Shown here one piece after another: positions 29,387 through 39,573 of a stretch of DNA of 64,000 nucleotides. Below the pieces are notes generated by a model, which was not told the DNA's origin, searched no databases, and saw only the letters and a list, made by a program, of their open reading frames with translations. The stretch lies in the NCBI GenBank assembly GCA_963804995.1, contig CAWDSK010000003.1, forward strand, positions 1,504,001 to 1,568,000. Direction: 5' to 3'. Each line of letters opens with the position of its first letter. The first letter of the stretch is position 1. Origin of the DNA: an uncultured Acidobacteriota bacterium (lineage in GTDB: Bacteria > Acidobacteriota > Terriglobia > UBA7540). The position numbers and the translations under genes are program-made.

Positions 29387-29615
29387 TCTCCTGGGTGAAT
29401 TGAAGGAAGCCTTGATTATAGGACATGTGCCGCCACTTTGGAGCTCAAAACGAGGCCTTTGGATTTGGCGTGTAACCCGATTCGTGTTAATGTGTTCGTC
29501 GAGCGTCCGTTCGGCGCAAAACGTACCATCAGTCGGGGTGGTACGAGTGCGTGGAAGTCTCGGGCACGGTTCGATTTATTGCATTCTTGCAGATTTCATA
29601 GAGAGGTTGAATCGG

Positions 29616-32600
29616 ATGATGAGTTACTCGATTCGACGCGCTTTGCCATGCCTAATAATTTTCGTCGGCGTAGGCTGCATGCTGGCCCATGCCCAGACCT
29701 TTCAGGGCAGTTTCACGGGCACCATCACGGATCCCATGGGGGCTGTTATCCCTGGCACTGCCCTGACCATTGTGGAAGTAGATAAGGGATTTTCCCGCAG
29801 CGCGGTCACAGGAAATGACGGTAGTTTTGAGATCCCCCTCTTGCCGCCGGGAAGATATCGCCTGACGGCCCAGAAGCAGGGCTTTGAAAAGACGGCCCGC
29901 GGCCCCCTGACCCTCCTGGTGAACCAGCACCTGCGAGTAGACATTTCTCTCAAGATCGGCCCCCAGGCAACGACCGTCACGGTCGAGGCATCACCTGCCA
30001 CGGTCGAGAGCCAGACCTCCTCCGTAGGAACCACCATCGACGAGCAGAAGGTGACTGAGGTCCCCCTGAATGGCCGGAATTTTCTGGAGCTGGCGTTGCT
30101 CGTCCCCGGCGTATCCCCCGGGACGGCGGGCTCCCATATCAGCTCCCGGGGTGGCGCCATCAACGTGAATGGGATGCGCGACTCGATGAACTCCTATTGG
30201 CTGGACGGCCTGGATGACACCTCGGTGGGCGTTGGCCAATACACCGTCGCCCCGCCGCTCGACTCCGTGCAGGAGTTCCGCATGGAGACGGGAGTATACG
30301 AGGCCAAATTCGGCGCCCACGCCGGGGCCGAAGTCAACATGGTGACCAAGTCAGGAACCAACGATTTACACGGCAGCGTCTATGAGTTCGCCCGCAATAC
30401 GGATTTTGACGCCCGCAACTTTTTTGACCCCTCGGTAGCGCCCATGCACCGCAACCAGTTTGGCGGGACGCTGGGGGGGCCCATCGTGCTCCCCGGTGTT
30501 TATGACGGACACGACCGCACGTTTTTCTTTTTCGCTTACGAAGGCACGCGTGAGCACCGCGACTTCTACGACAACTTCCTCGTCCCCAGCATGGCCGAAC
30601 GCCAGGGCCACTTCACGGATCTCCTGAACCCCAACTGTTCCAGCCAGACCCTGCTTCTCAATCCCCTGGGCGGAGGACAACCTTTCACCAACATCAATCA
30701 AGTCCTGCTGCAGGCGGACCCCGTGGGGCAAGCCCTGGTCAATCAGTACCCCGAGCCCAACATTCCGACCGCCACGTGCGGCGCGGCCAACTACCAGGCG
30801 CTGGTCAACCGGCAGGTCACCTACGACACCATGACGGGACGGGTCGACCATCAGTTCAACAGCAAGGATTCCGTGTTCTTCCGCTACAATCTGAACTTTG
30901 ATTGCGAGTTCTGGCCCACGGGCACAGTTCCGGAACTCACCACGACGATTCCGGGATATGGCCGCTTCTCTCACGATTCCTATCAGATGGGGGGCGTCGA
31001 TTGGACCCACATCTTCAACCCCAAGCTGGTCAACGAGGTCAAGCTTGGTTATAACCGCTGGCAAATCCGAGAGGTTGACCAGGATTTGGGGAGCACCTTG
31101 GCCTCAAGCCTGGGGATCATGGGCGTCGCGAACATCGGCTCGGTTCCCGCCGGCGTCCCCAACATGAACTTTTCGGGATACGCCAACCTGGGAGCCGACG
31201 AAACCACCCCCCAAAGTGGCGCGGTGAATACCTTCCAAATCGGCGACACGCTGACGCAAGTGCTGGGGTCACATACGATGACCTATGGCGCCGATATTCG
31301 CGAAGTCCGGCGCGGGAATTTTTCCGTCGACACCATCTCCCGGGGAGAATTTGATTTTACCGGATTCCTGACGGGCGGCCTGGGCCAGGTCTCGGCAGCA
31401 CAACTGGGCTGCCCCACCTGCACGCTCGGTAACAGCGTCGCGGATGCGTTGCTGGGCCTTCCCCAATACTGGCTGAACGGATTCCAGGAGTACATCTCCG
31501 GCCAATTTGGTGAATACGACTTCTTCGTCCAGGATGATTGGCGGGTTCGCCCCCATCTGACCGTCAACCTCGGCTTGCGTTACGAGTACAAGAGCCTAGT
31601 CACGGAAGGGTCGAACGGCTTTTCCAACTTCGATTTCAGCAACGGAGACTTGATAGTGGCCGGGAATAAGGCGGCAACCCTGTGGAGCTTTAACCCCAGC
31701 ATCAATCCGCTTACCGGCCAGTGGCAAATCAGCCCGGCGCCTTGCACGTCTCAAACTTGCAGCCAGCAAACGATCAATCTGGGAAGCACGGCAAGCAACC
31801 GCTCGCTGCAGAAGCCCGACCGCAACAATTTTGCGCCGCGCGTGGGGATAGCCTGGCAACCCTTTAAGAGCTCCAAAACCGTGCTGCGCGCCGGCTACGG
31901 GGTGTTCTACGATCAGACCTTCGGCGATGTCTATTTCCAGAAGGCTGCCAACCCACCCTTCGTTCAACTGAAGGAAGGCAACTCTCCCGCCGTGCTCGAA
32001 GGGTGCCTGCTGGGCGGGCCGTGCAATTTCATACCGGGGAGCGGCCAAATCATCCAGAATGCCCTGTCGGGAATCGTCGGCTCGATTTACCCCACCATGA
32101 GTCCTTTCCAGCTTAATTTCCGCAACGCCTTCATCCAGGAGTGGACCTTCGACATGCAGCAACAGGTCGGGCAAGCATGGCTCTTCGACGTGGGCTATGT
32201 CGGAACGCGGGGGCTGCACCTCGTCCAGGAAACCGATCCCAATCAGGCCATGAATCTTTCCACAGTTCCTTCGGCCGCCATTCCGGCGACGCTCGCGGCC
32301 TGTGAAAGCGTGAATGGCTGCCCGCGACCTTATCCCTATCTCTCCAGTTTCGGGTACACGCAATCCGCGGGCAGTTCCATTTACCACTCCTTCCAAGCCA
32401 AGGTTGAGCGGCGCATGTCCAAGGGCCTGTCGGTCCTGGCCGCTTACACCTATTCAAAGTCCATCGACACCACCTCCGGACCCTTCAGCGATACGCGCAA
32501 TGCGAACTTCCCCCAGAACTCTTACGATGTGGCGGCGGAAAAGGCGGTGTCGGATTTCAACACTCCGCACCGACTGTCCCTCGCTTATATGTGGGCCATG

Positions 32601-33152
32601 CCCTTCGGTTCGACCGTGGCAAAGCTCGATAACCGTAACCTGAATCACTTGATTGCAGGCTGGCAAGTGGGAAGCGTCCTCACCGTTCAGTCAGGTGCGC
32701 CGTTTACCCCCTTCGTGAGCGGAGGGATCAGCGGCGCCGATGAAGTGCAGATCACCGGGACGGGAAACGATACGGACCGCCCGAACGTCGCCAGCACCTC
32801 CTTCTACCCCACGAAACAAACCCCCCAGCAGTGGGTGAATGCCTCGGCCTTCAGCGCTCCCAGCCCCTTCACCTTCGGCAACGCAGGGCGCAATATCCTG
32901 CGGGGGCCGGGTTTGGGTAGCTGCGATTTCACCGTCCACCGCGACTTCCACCTGGGTGAAGCAAGCCACCTGGAGTTCCGTGCCGAGATGTTCAACATCT
33001 TCAACCGGGCTAACTTTGATATTCCGCAACGCAACCTGGCAGCCCCAAGCTTCGGCCAGATATTCAACACCGTGCAACCCGTGGCGGGCCTGGCCTCCGG
33101 CGGACCCGGCGAGCCGCGCGAGATTCAGTTAGGCATGCGGTTGGTGTGGTAG
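29616..33152 (+). CDS. Oar-like TonB-dependent receptor with CarboxypepD_reg N-domain
   Basis: GTITDPMGAVIPG, LPPGRY, PLNGRNF, VQEF, TKSGTN, FVQDDW, NFAPRVG, FRAEMFNIFN, REIQLGMRLVW. Confidence 0.95.
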   Translation: MMSYSIRRALPCLIIFVGVGCMLAHAQTFQGSFTGTITDPMGAVIPGTALTIVEVDKGFSRSAVTGNDGSFEIPLLPPGRYRLTAQKQGFEKTARGPLTLLVNQHLRVDISLKIGPQATTVTVEASPATVESQTSSVGTTIDEQKVTEVPLNGRNFLELALLVPGVSPGTAGSHISSRGGAINVNGMRDSMNSYWLDGLDDTSVGVGQYTVAPPLDSVQEFRMETGVYEAKFGAHAGAEVNMVTKSGTNDLHGSVYEFARNTDFDARNFFDPSVAPMHRNQFGGTLGGPIVLPGVYDGHDRTFFFFAYEGTREHRDFYDNFLVPSMAERQGHFTDLLNPNCSSQTLLLNPLGGGQPFTNINQVLLQADPVGQALVNQYPEPNIPTATCGAANYQALVNRQVTYDTMTGRVDHQFNSKDSVFFRYNLNFDCEFWPTGTVPELTTTIPGYGRFSHDSYQMGGVDWTHIFNPKLVNEVKLGYNRWQIREVDQDLGSTLASSLGIMGVANIGSVPAGVPNMNFSGYANLGADETTPQSGAVNTFQIGDTLTQVLGSHTMTYGADIREVRRGNFSVDTISRGEFDFTGFLTGGLGQVSAAQLGCPTCTLGNSVADALLGLPQYWLNGFQEYISGQFGEYDFFVQDDWRVRPHLTVNLGLRYEYKSLVTEGSNGFSNFDFSNGDLIVAGNKAATLWSFNPSINPLTGQWQISPAPCTSQTCSQQTINLGSTASNRSLQKPDRNNFAPRVGIAWQPFKSSKTVLRAGYGVFYDQTFGDVYFQKAANPPFVQLKEGNSPAVLEGCLLGGPCNFIPGSGQIIQNALSGIVGSIYPTMSPFQLNFRNAFIQEWTFDMQQQVGQAWLFDVGYVGTRGLHLVQETDPNQAMNLSTVPSAAIPATLAACESVNGCPRPYPYLSSFGYTQSAGSSIYHSFQAKVERRMSKGLSVLAAYTYSKSIDTTSGPFSDTRNANFPQNSYDVAAEKAVSDFNTPHRLSLAYMWAMPFGSTVAKLDNRNLNHLIAGWQVGSVLTVQSGAPFTPFVSGGISGADEVQITGTGNDTDRPNVASTSFYPTKQTPQQWVNASAFSAPSPFTFGNAGRNILRGPGLGSCDFTVHRDFHLGEASHLEFRAEMFNIFNRANFDIPQRNLAAPSFGQIFNTVQPVAGLASGGPGEPREIQLGMRLVW

Positions 33153-33248
33153 GTAGCGCCGGCGGCATTCATCCCGGTCTGATCGGGACGCCGCTCATGT
33201 GTAGAGGCGGCTTGACGCCGCCATATGGCGAGGTGAACTCGCCGCTAC
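33152..33248. repeat. GTAG-REP family C cluster
   Basis: GTAGCGCCGGCGGCATTCATCCCG...CGGGACGCCGC and GTAGAGGCGGC...GGCGAGGTGAACTCGCCGCTAC; related copy at 35026-35094. Confidence 0.75.
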
Positions 33249-33330
33249 GGTACGGGCGCGCCACCTGTCCCGATGGTTTTGATAGGGATGGCGTGCGCCT
33301 TGCCGACTACGGTTAGCCGCTGGACAATGG

Positions 33331-33507
33331 AACCCCCTCACCCGTCCCGCCCCGGCTGATGAGAACGCCGGCGGCGGTCCACCCTCTCCCCCAAAGGGGC
33401 GAGGGTTATGGGTTCGAATCACGCCACCTCTCTCCCGTGCGTAAATTCAAATTGACTCTCCCCTCGGTCGCCGCGGCGACAGAGGGGCTGGGGGGTGAGG
33501 GGGTTCT
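33331..33507. repeat. Family B hairpin doublet
   Basis: CCCCTCACCCGTCCCGCCCCGGCTGATGAGAACGCCGG...CCACCCTCTCCCC; near-identical to copies at 18610, 53946 and 55920-55978 (inverted). Confidence 0.85.
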
Positions 33508-33594
33508 GGGCTCTAGTCACCACCTGCAAAGGTTTTTACTTTTGACCTTTGCCCTTTGCCTTTTGGTTTTCTTTTGCGGCTCGGCCGCATCCGG

Positions 33595-34822
33595 TTACTT
33601 ACTCGTCCCTGTATCGCTCTCCATCACCGCCGCGGCCAAGGCGCGGACCAGCTCAGCCCCGAATTCCTTGCGGTCCTCCACGGTGGGGACGCGCCCCAGC
33701 TTCGAGTTGAATTCGATCATCTGCTCCATCAGCATGGCCGGCAGTTGGCGATCGTGAAATAGCCCCTGGTCGACGGTCATGCGGCCCGGCTTGCCCGGCG
33801 TGGTGGTTGCCCCCATATCGCGCAGCGGCGACGTGGGATGGAAGGTGGTGGTTTCGGCCAATGCCTCGAAGACACGCTCGCCGAGCGCTTTGAATGGCGC
33901 GGGCGCTTCCAGGTACTCGGTGGTTTCCGTGTTGTGCAGCGAAAGGAACAGATCGAGGCGATGTCCGGAATCCACCCAGTCAAGAATGGCCCGCCGCTGC
34001 GCCGCGATTTCAGGCATCTTCTGGGGGTCGACCGTGTCCCAGTTGCGGTTGAGGTCGTAACCGTTCCGGTTGTAGCGGACGCCCCCGTCCGCCACGCCGT
34101 CCGGATCGGCCAGGGGAAAGATCTTGTAGATCACCTGGTCGCGCATGCGCGCCGCCCGCTCATCCTTCGAGAGCAGGAAGCGCACGGCCCCCTCGCCCGC
34201 CCAGGAGGAACCGGTCTCCCACGCGTGCTGGCGGAACATGAGCCAGATGACCCGCTTCTGCGCCTCGGGGATTTGGGGGTTGGTAATGGTCAGCAGCGGC
34301 ATTTCCCTGCCCTCCACGGTGCGACCCACGGACTCTACTTTGAGGTACGGGCTCTTCTGAAAGCCAGCGAGCAGAGCCTCCAAATGCCGGTTGGTATAGG
34401 GCGCTACGTGCGCGATCCACAGGTGGTCGCGCTCCGGCGTGAAGTGCAAAGTCAGGTGCGGTTCCCGTTCGTCCCAAGAAACCTCATCATTCGTAAAGTT
34501 CTTCCAGTTTGTCCCGTCATAGCTATACACCGGCCGAATGCCCGGGTCGAGTGAGTATTCGGGGCCATGGTAGTTGTACTCGCCGGCCAAGTCGACAAAG
34601 TCGAGCGTGATCGGCTGGCGCGGAAGGTTGAGTAAGCTCGAAGTAATACCAGTCACCTTGGCGGTTGCGATGGTCCTGGTCGGATTGGCCCTGGACAGCG
34701 CAGCGCAGGTGCGTGGGGGATACCTGCTCCACCTTTCCGAGCGAGCCCCCTTCAAAGTTGGTCAAAACGCCAATCCCCGAGGGTGGCAAAAGTAAGGCAA
34801 GTAGCAAGCCCAGCATGGTCAT
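33595..34822 (-). CDS. Secreted M14 zinc carboxypeptidase family protein with +1 frameshift near 34630-34635
   Basis: Signal peptide, NFEGG and WYYF in one frame; PYT, RQHAWE, PDGV, DLNRNW and LSLHN in the next; AGGAGGG RBS. Confidence 0.88.
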
Positions 34823-35025
34823 CTCGAATCTCCCTCCTACTCGCGGCATTATAGCGTGACGAGTGCTTCCTGACCCGGGGAAGCTCTGTGTCGGTTTGTG
34901 TTGAGGCGGATCAGCGCCACCCCTTTGTCTTGTCAGCACCACCCCGGCGCTCCGAGCGCCGGGGTGGTTACGCGAGCGCCGGAGGCGATGGAGTAGTTAT
35001 CCTCTCTGCCGGTGGTGGAGTTTGG

Positions 35026-35119
35026 TATAGAGGCGGCGGCATTCATCCCGATCTTATCGGGACGCCGCCAATGGCGAGGTAAACTCGCCGCTACGTAAGG
35101 GGGTGGCGAGGTAAACTCA
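35026..35119. repeat. REP family C copy
   Basis: GGCGGCGGCATTCATCCCGATCTTATCGGGACGCCGCCAATGGCGAGGTAAACTCGCCGCTAC, similar to 33152-33248. Confidence 0.75.
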
Positions 35120-35299
35120 CATTAAAAATGACGCACCGTGAAGCTTTGCCTTGTGACATAACCCCTTGGAGTAGTATGCTATCGAGTCCTAGGTACCTCG
35201 CCCTAGCTCGCCGCTTTCTCTCGGAAAGCTCGCGGTTGTTTTATTGCCCTCGCACCGTCCACGACCCCTGGTTTCAATTCGATTTCGAGGGAGTTCTAC

Positions 35300-36313
35300 G
35301 TGAAAGCTATTCCGTTCAAGCGCGCCGCCCGCATGATTGCCCGGGGCACTTGGAGTTTTTGCACCAACCGACCGCTGGTGGTTTCCTTTGAGCTGACCCA
35401 TTCCTGCACAGCGGATTGCCAGCACTGCGACAAAGGTGGAATCAAGCCGGAGCCGTCGAGCCTGTTGCACGCCCCGGATTACGGCAGGCTGCGCGCCCAA
35501 CTGAAGCCCATGGCCGTCCAGTTGTCAGGCGGGGAGCCGTTGTTGCGCAGAGACCTGGAAGACATTGTGCGCGCCGTGAAGGAACCGAGCGGCCTCCCCT
35601 ACCTCATCCTGGTCACCAATGGCCGGCTCTTCACCGAGGAAAAGTACCTGGCGTTGCGGGCGCTCGGTGTGAACCAGTTTTCCATCTCCCTCGATTTCCC
35701 GGACGCGCGCCACGACTCCTTCCGCCGCTCCCCGGGCCTCTATGATCACTTGGCGGAACTCGTGCCCAAGCTCGCGGCGCACGGCTTCGACAACGTGGCC
35801 CTGAACACCGCCATCACGCGGGACAACCTGGGCTCCCTGACCGAGAGCTATCATCGCGCCAAGCAGTGGGGCGTGAGCATTTCCTACAGTGCGTACACGC
35901 CGCTGCGCACCCACAGCATGGACCACTACATCCGCTCGGCGGCGGATCTTCAAATCCTGCGCAGCACCCTCGATGAACTGCTGTCCCTCAAAGCGCAGAA
36001 CGGCCGCATCGCGAACTCCCCCTGGACGCTTTCGGGTATCCATGACTACTTCCTGGAAGGAACTATCCCCGGCTGCAAGGCCGGCCGCCGCTTTATGGTG
36101 GTGACGCCCTGGGGTGGCCTGCGCCCCTGCTCGATGTACGACGAAACTTACACGTCCCAGAAGGAAATCCTCAAGCAGTGGGTGCCCAAAAACCAATGCG
36201 GGGGTTGCTACGTTTCCATCCGCTCCTACCTCGACGCTTCTTTCTGGACATTGCTCAAGGATAATCTCTCCACCCGCGTCTTCGCCCGCCACGCCCGCGC
36301 CAAACAGTGCTGA
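35300..36313 (+). CDS. Radical SAM protein with C-terminal SPASM/twitch-like Cys motif
   Basis: CTADCQHC, LSGGEPLLR, TNG, ISLD; CKAG...PC...CGGC. Confidence 0.9.
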   Translation: MKAIPFKRAARMIARGTWSFCTNRPLVVSFELTHSCTADCQHCDKGGIKPEPSSLLHAPDYGRLRAQLKPMAVQLSGGEPLLRRDLEDIVRAVKEPSGLPYLILVTNGRLFTEEKYLALRALGVNQFSISLDFPDARHDSFRRSPGLYDHLAELVPKLAAHGFDNVALNTAITRDNLGSLTESYHRAKQWGVSISYSAYTPLRTHSMDHYIRSAADLQILRSTLDELLSLKAQNGRIANSPWTLSGIHDYFLEGTIPGCKAGRRFMVVTPWGGLRPCSMYDETYTSQKEILKQWVPKNQCGGCYVSIRSYLDASFWTLLKDNLSTRVFARHARAKQC

Positions 36314-36628
36314 TTACGGTTTGATAGGTTTCCCCTCACGGAAAATTAGTTCTACCACCACTTCACCGCGCTCGTTCCATTCCACCCAATTTCCTTCGCG
36401 CAAATCCCTGACGTATTCTCCCTCGGATTTCTTCTGGCCGTTCGGGTGCCAGTAGGTCCACCGTCCCGTCAATTGACCTTTTGAGAAGTCACCTTCCCCT
36501 TTGATGTTTCCCTTCGCATCATAGACCGGCCATTTTCCCTTTTTGGGCGCGAGGCGCGGCAGACGGCGAACCACTTCCACCCAAACACCGGAGATCACCA
36601 ACCTCTCCTGGTCCGAGTCAGCTCCCAT
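36314..36628 (-). CDS. MORN-variant repeat protein (YwqK-like); start uncertain
   Basis: GKWPVYDAKGNIKGEG, GRWTYWHPNGQKKSEGEY, GNWVEWNERG; the longer start at 36796 would overlap the divergent gene. Confidence 0.65.
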   Translation of the reverse strand: MGADSDQERLVISGVWVEVVRRLPRLAPKKGKWPVYDAKGNIKGEGDFSKGQLTGRWTYWHPNGQKKSEGEYVRDLREGNWVEWNERGEVVVELIFREGKPIKP

Positions 36629-36691
36629 TCGGAACAGGGTCAGGTTGTCGCGCCCGGCGGCGTCTGGAACTTTTGTTATAAACTCTCGTTT

Positions 36692-37504
36692 GTGGAAACT
36701 ACGGAACCAACCGAGTCCCCCGTACTGGTGGCTCTGCTCGGGGCCAGTAATCTCTGGATGGGCCTTCCCTCCGCCGTCCGGCAGCTCCTCAGACACGTGG
36801 GTTCAAGACCTCTCAAGCTCTTCGTGGCGGACGGATTTGGCCGGTCTTACGGAATGGAGGCGGGGTGCTTGGGCTTGCGTTTTCCGGGTGTGGTGCACTG
36901 TGGACTTTTCAGTGCCTTGGAGGAAGCGAAGAGAAGCACACGCTCCGCCGATGTATTGGCGCTGCTCACCGACCTCGGCAATGACCTTATCTACGGCGCG
37001 GGCGTGGCCACTCTTTCTCAGTGGATTCGAGAGTGTGTCGCTCGCTTGCGCAATCTCGGTGCAACTGCGGCAATCACGGCCTTGCCCATCGCCGGGATCA
37101 CTACCCTGCCCTCCTGGCGATATCAAATCCTGCGGCCCATATTATATCCGCGTCACACGGTTGTTCAGAACGATCTGAACCGTTCGATCCTGGCCCTACA
37201 GAAGGCACTCGAGGCGATCGAGACTGAGCAGCAAATCATCCTTCTCCCCACTGAGCCCGAATGGTACACCTTCGATCGTTTCCATCTCCGTCCACGCGCC
37301 TTAGACCAAGCTATGGGGATGTGGATCGATGCCCTGACGCAATCCCACTTTGGAGCCGCGACTGGCCAAGGAATCGCCCCCACTGTGTCAGCGCTCTCCC
37401 TCTACCTGCGCCGCCCGGCGGAATACACTTTCTTAGGCCGGGGTCACATAAGTCCAACCTCCGAGAGAAAGCTTTCTCCTGACGCCGTGGTGTTGTTCTA
37501 CTGA
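36692..37504 (+). CDS. SGNH/GDSL-like hydrolase
   Basis: LLGASN (block I), TDLGND (block III), DRFH (block V). Confidence 0.7.
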   Translation: METTEPTESPVLVALLGASNLWMGLPSAVRQLLRHVGSRPLKLFVADGFGRSYGMEAGCLGLRFPGVVHCGLFSALEEAKRSTRSADVLALLTDLGNDLIYGAGVATLSQWIRECVARLRNLGATAAITALPIAGITTLPSWRYQILRPILYPRHTVVQNDLNRSILALQKALEAIETEQQIILLPTEPEWYTFDRFHLRPRALDQAMGMWIDALTQSHFGAATGQGIAPTVSALSLYLRRPAEYTFLGRGHISPTSERKLSPDAVVLFY

Positions 37505-37515
37505 GGCGGACATCA

Positions 37516-37572
37516 CGTCGGGGCACCCCTCGTGTGTGCCCTCCACAAGGGCACCCCACGAGGGCCCCTACG
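37516..37572. repeat. GTAGGGGC-type REP doublet between convergent genes
   Basis: CGTCGGGGCACCCCTCGTG...CACGAGGGCCCCTACG; a related stub CGTAGGGGCACCCCTA lies at about 40841. Confidence 0.6.
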
Positions 37573-37618
37573 ATACGCGTTGGTTGCGGCCACCCAACCG
37601 CTGAATCTCCATCCCAGC

Positions 37619-38959
37619 TCACACAAATTGGTACTGGCCGGGAACGGGAACCGGAGGTACCTCCATCGCAAGTTTGTAATCGAACGCTTTGGGTTGGAGA
37701 TCCTGCTGCGAAGCCATGGCCTGCTCCCAGGTAATCTCCAGGCCGGAGTAAGCCGACTCGCGCGCCATGATGCAGGTCAGCGTGCTCTCCGCCACTTCCA
37801 CGCCGTCGTTCGCGTAGGGGCCATCGCCGCGAATGCTCGCCACCAGTCGCACATGTTCCTGAACGTAAGGGTCCATACCGGGCGAGCCCATATCGATACC
37901 GTCGCTGTGCCCTTTCGAGCCCGCCACGGTGTTCCACACCTTGCGATATCCGCCCTTGGGATACTGCCGGCAGGTGCTATAGAGGTGCACGCCATTCGGA
38001 TACACATAGTCGGCGGTCAGGTGATCGTAAATGTTCCCGTAGAGCTCTTCGTGGGGACGCCAGGCGACGCCGCCCGAGGCCACCACGCTCACCGGGTGCG
38101 CGCCCATCACCCAATTGCAGAAGTCAATGGTGTGGATGTGCTGCTCCACCATCTGGTCGCCGCAGATCCATACGAACGAGTACCAGTTGCGGTGCTGCCA
38201 CTCCATGTCTCCCCAACTGGGGTCGCGATGGTCGACATGCATGACCGGCCCGCTGAGGTAGCTGGCGCTGAGTGCGGTGACCTCGCCGATGGCGCCGTCG
38301 TGGATCTTCGCGACGGTTTCGATGTATTCCTTTTGGGCGCGGCGCTGCGTGCCCCCCACAACCACCAATTTCTGGTCCCGTGCCTTTTGGACGGAGGCAA
38401 GGAAGCGGCGTGTGCCCACGGCATCGGTGGCGATGGGTTTCTCCGTGAAGATGTGTTTCCCGGCGTTGACCGCGGCCTCAAACTGCGCGGGTCGATGGCC
38501 GGGCGGCGTGCACAGCAACACGAAGTCAACGTCCGCGGCAATGACCTTGCGGTAGGCGTCAAATCCCACGAAGCAATGTTCGGGATCGACCTTGACGCGC
38601 TTCTGAATCGACTCCACCAATTCCGGGAGTGGCTTGCCGGTGAATTCCGCGGCCCGCTTGGGGCTCGACCCCGCCAGGAACTTGGGATCGCGCAGCTTGG
38701 CGAGAGAGCCCTGCAGCTTGTCGTCAAAGATGTCTCCCATGGCGACCAGCTCGACGTGCGGATCAGCACTCAGCAGATCGGCCGCAGCTCCCGTGCCGCG
38801 CCCGCCACAGCCGACCAGACCGGCCCGCAGCTTCTCCTTTCCCGCTCCCCGGACCAGTTCAGGTCGCAGGATCGTGAATGCTGAAGCCGCCGCTCCGGCC
38901 GCCAACGACTTGCTGAGGAATGACCGACGATCGATGTTATGAAGTTCGTTTTGCGCCAT
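37619..38959 (-). CDS. TAT-exported Gfo/Idh/MocA oxidoreductase
   Basis: DRRSFL, GLVGCGGRG, EKP, GTQRR, EQHIH. Confidence 0.93.
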   Translation of the reverse strand: MAQNELHNIDRRSFLSKSLAAGAAASAFTILRPELVRGAGKEKLRAGLVGCGGRGTGAAADLLSADPHVELVAMGDIFDDKLQGSLAKLRDPKFLAGSSPKRAAEFTGKPLPELVESIQKRVKVDPEHCFVGFDAYRKVIAADVDFVLLCTPPGHRPAQFEAAVNAGKHIFTEKPIATDAVGTRRFLASVQKARDQKLVVVGGTQRRAQKEYIETVAKIHDGAIGEVTALSASYLSGPVMHVDHRDPSWGDMEWQHRNWYSFVWICGDQMVEQHIHTIDFCNWVMGAHPVSVVASGGVAWRPHEELYGNIYDHLTADYVYPNGVHLYSTCRQYPKGGYRKVWNTVAGSKGHSDGIDMGSPGMDPYVQEHVRLVASIRGDGPYANDGVEVAESTLTCIMARESAYSGLEITWEQAMASQQDLQPKAFDYKLAMEVPPVPVPGQYQFV

Positions 38960-39153
38960 GTTCACCTCTCCATGAATAGTGCTGTCTTCCAAAGTCCAGC
39001 GGTCGTACACACTGGTGCTTGGGGCCTGCGCCTCTTCCTCCGGCCTGTGATGAATAGCTGACCTTGCCTCCTGCGGACGGTAACGGTTCCTCCGGGGACG
39101 CCCAACGAAAGGGCGTTGTCGCGGGTATTATAGTCCCGCGTGTTGGAATGGCA

Positions 39154-39382
39154 AGCGGGTAGCCACGGTCACTGCTCTTGTGACCGTGGGCTTTTCCTTC
39201 GATGACGAACCAACGGTCAATACCAAAAACGAATAGGCCGTGGTCGAGTTTCAACGATTTTGCTTTGGACAAGGCAACGGTAGCGGCGTGCCCGATTCAC
39301 ATTGATTACGTGCGATTGCCATTGGGGTATCGCGCATGGGAAAAGCCCACGGTCAGAAAAACGCTGACCGTGGCTACCCGCT
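39154..39382. mobile_element. REPIN-like inverted GTAG-REP pair (family D) enclosing a probable RAYT/Y1 transposase remnant
   Basis: AGCGGGTAGCCACGGTCA...TGACCGTGGGCTTTTCC (39154-39197) is inverted at 39339-39382; the interior translates ...PWSSFNDFALDK... Confidence 0.7.
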
Positions 39383-39573
39383 GAACTTTCCTTTCGGCCA
39401 TCAACACACTTTTCAGACACTACGCCGGGCCTGCGCCTGGCCGGCGACTCCTAACCGCGCCGCGGCTGGTTGGCTCTCGGAACGGAATTCGACCCGGATC
39501 GCCGGGATCACGAATAGTGCTTGTGCAGATCGCGATCCGTGCGTAGCATGCTTGTCTCGAAGGAGGTAAGAAA

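Noticed and set aside
29184..29615. Long N-terminal extensions given in the ORF track (TonB receptor, ggt, argS, hemH, ADOP permease, aldo/keto reductase)
   Set aside because: They overlap divergent genes, promoters or MITEs; downstream starts fit the RBS positions and family N-termini better
33405..33435. tRNA-like GGTTCGAATC motif
   Set aside because: The flanks do not form a T-stem or acceptor stem, and the motif lies inside a family B repeat doublet
37532..38884. Long antisense ORFs (also 4996-5940, 8916-10055, 17192-18382, 41246-42256, 45814-46812, 48729-49853, 62076-63068)
   Set aside because: Shadows of well-supported genes on the opposite strand, as expected in GC-rich DNA
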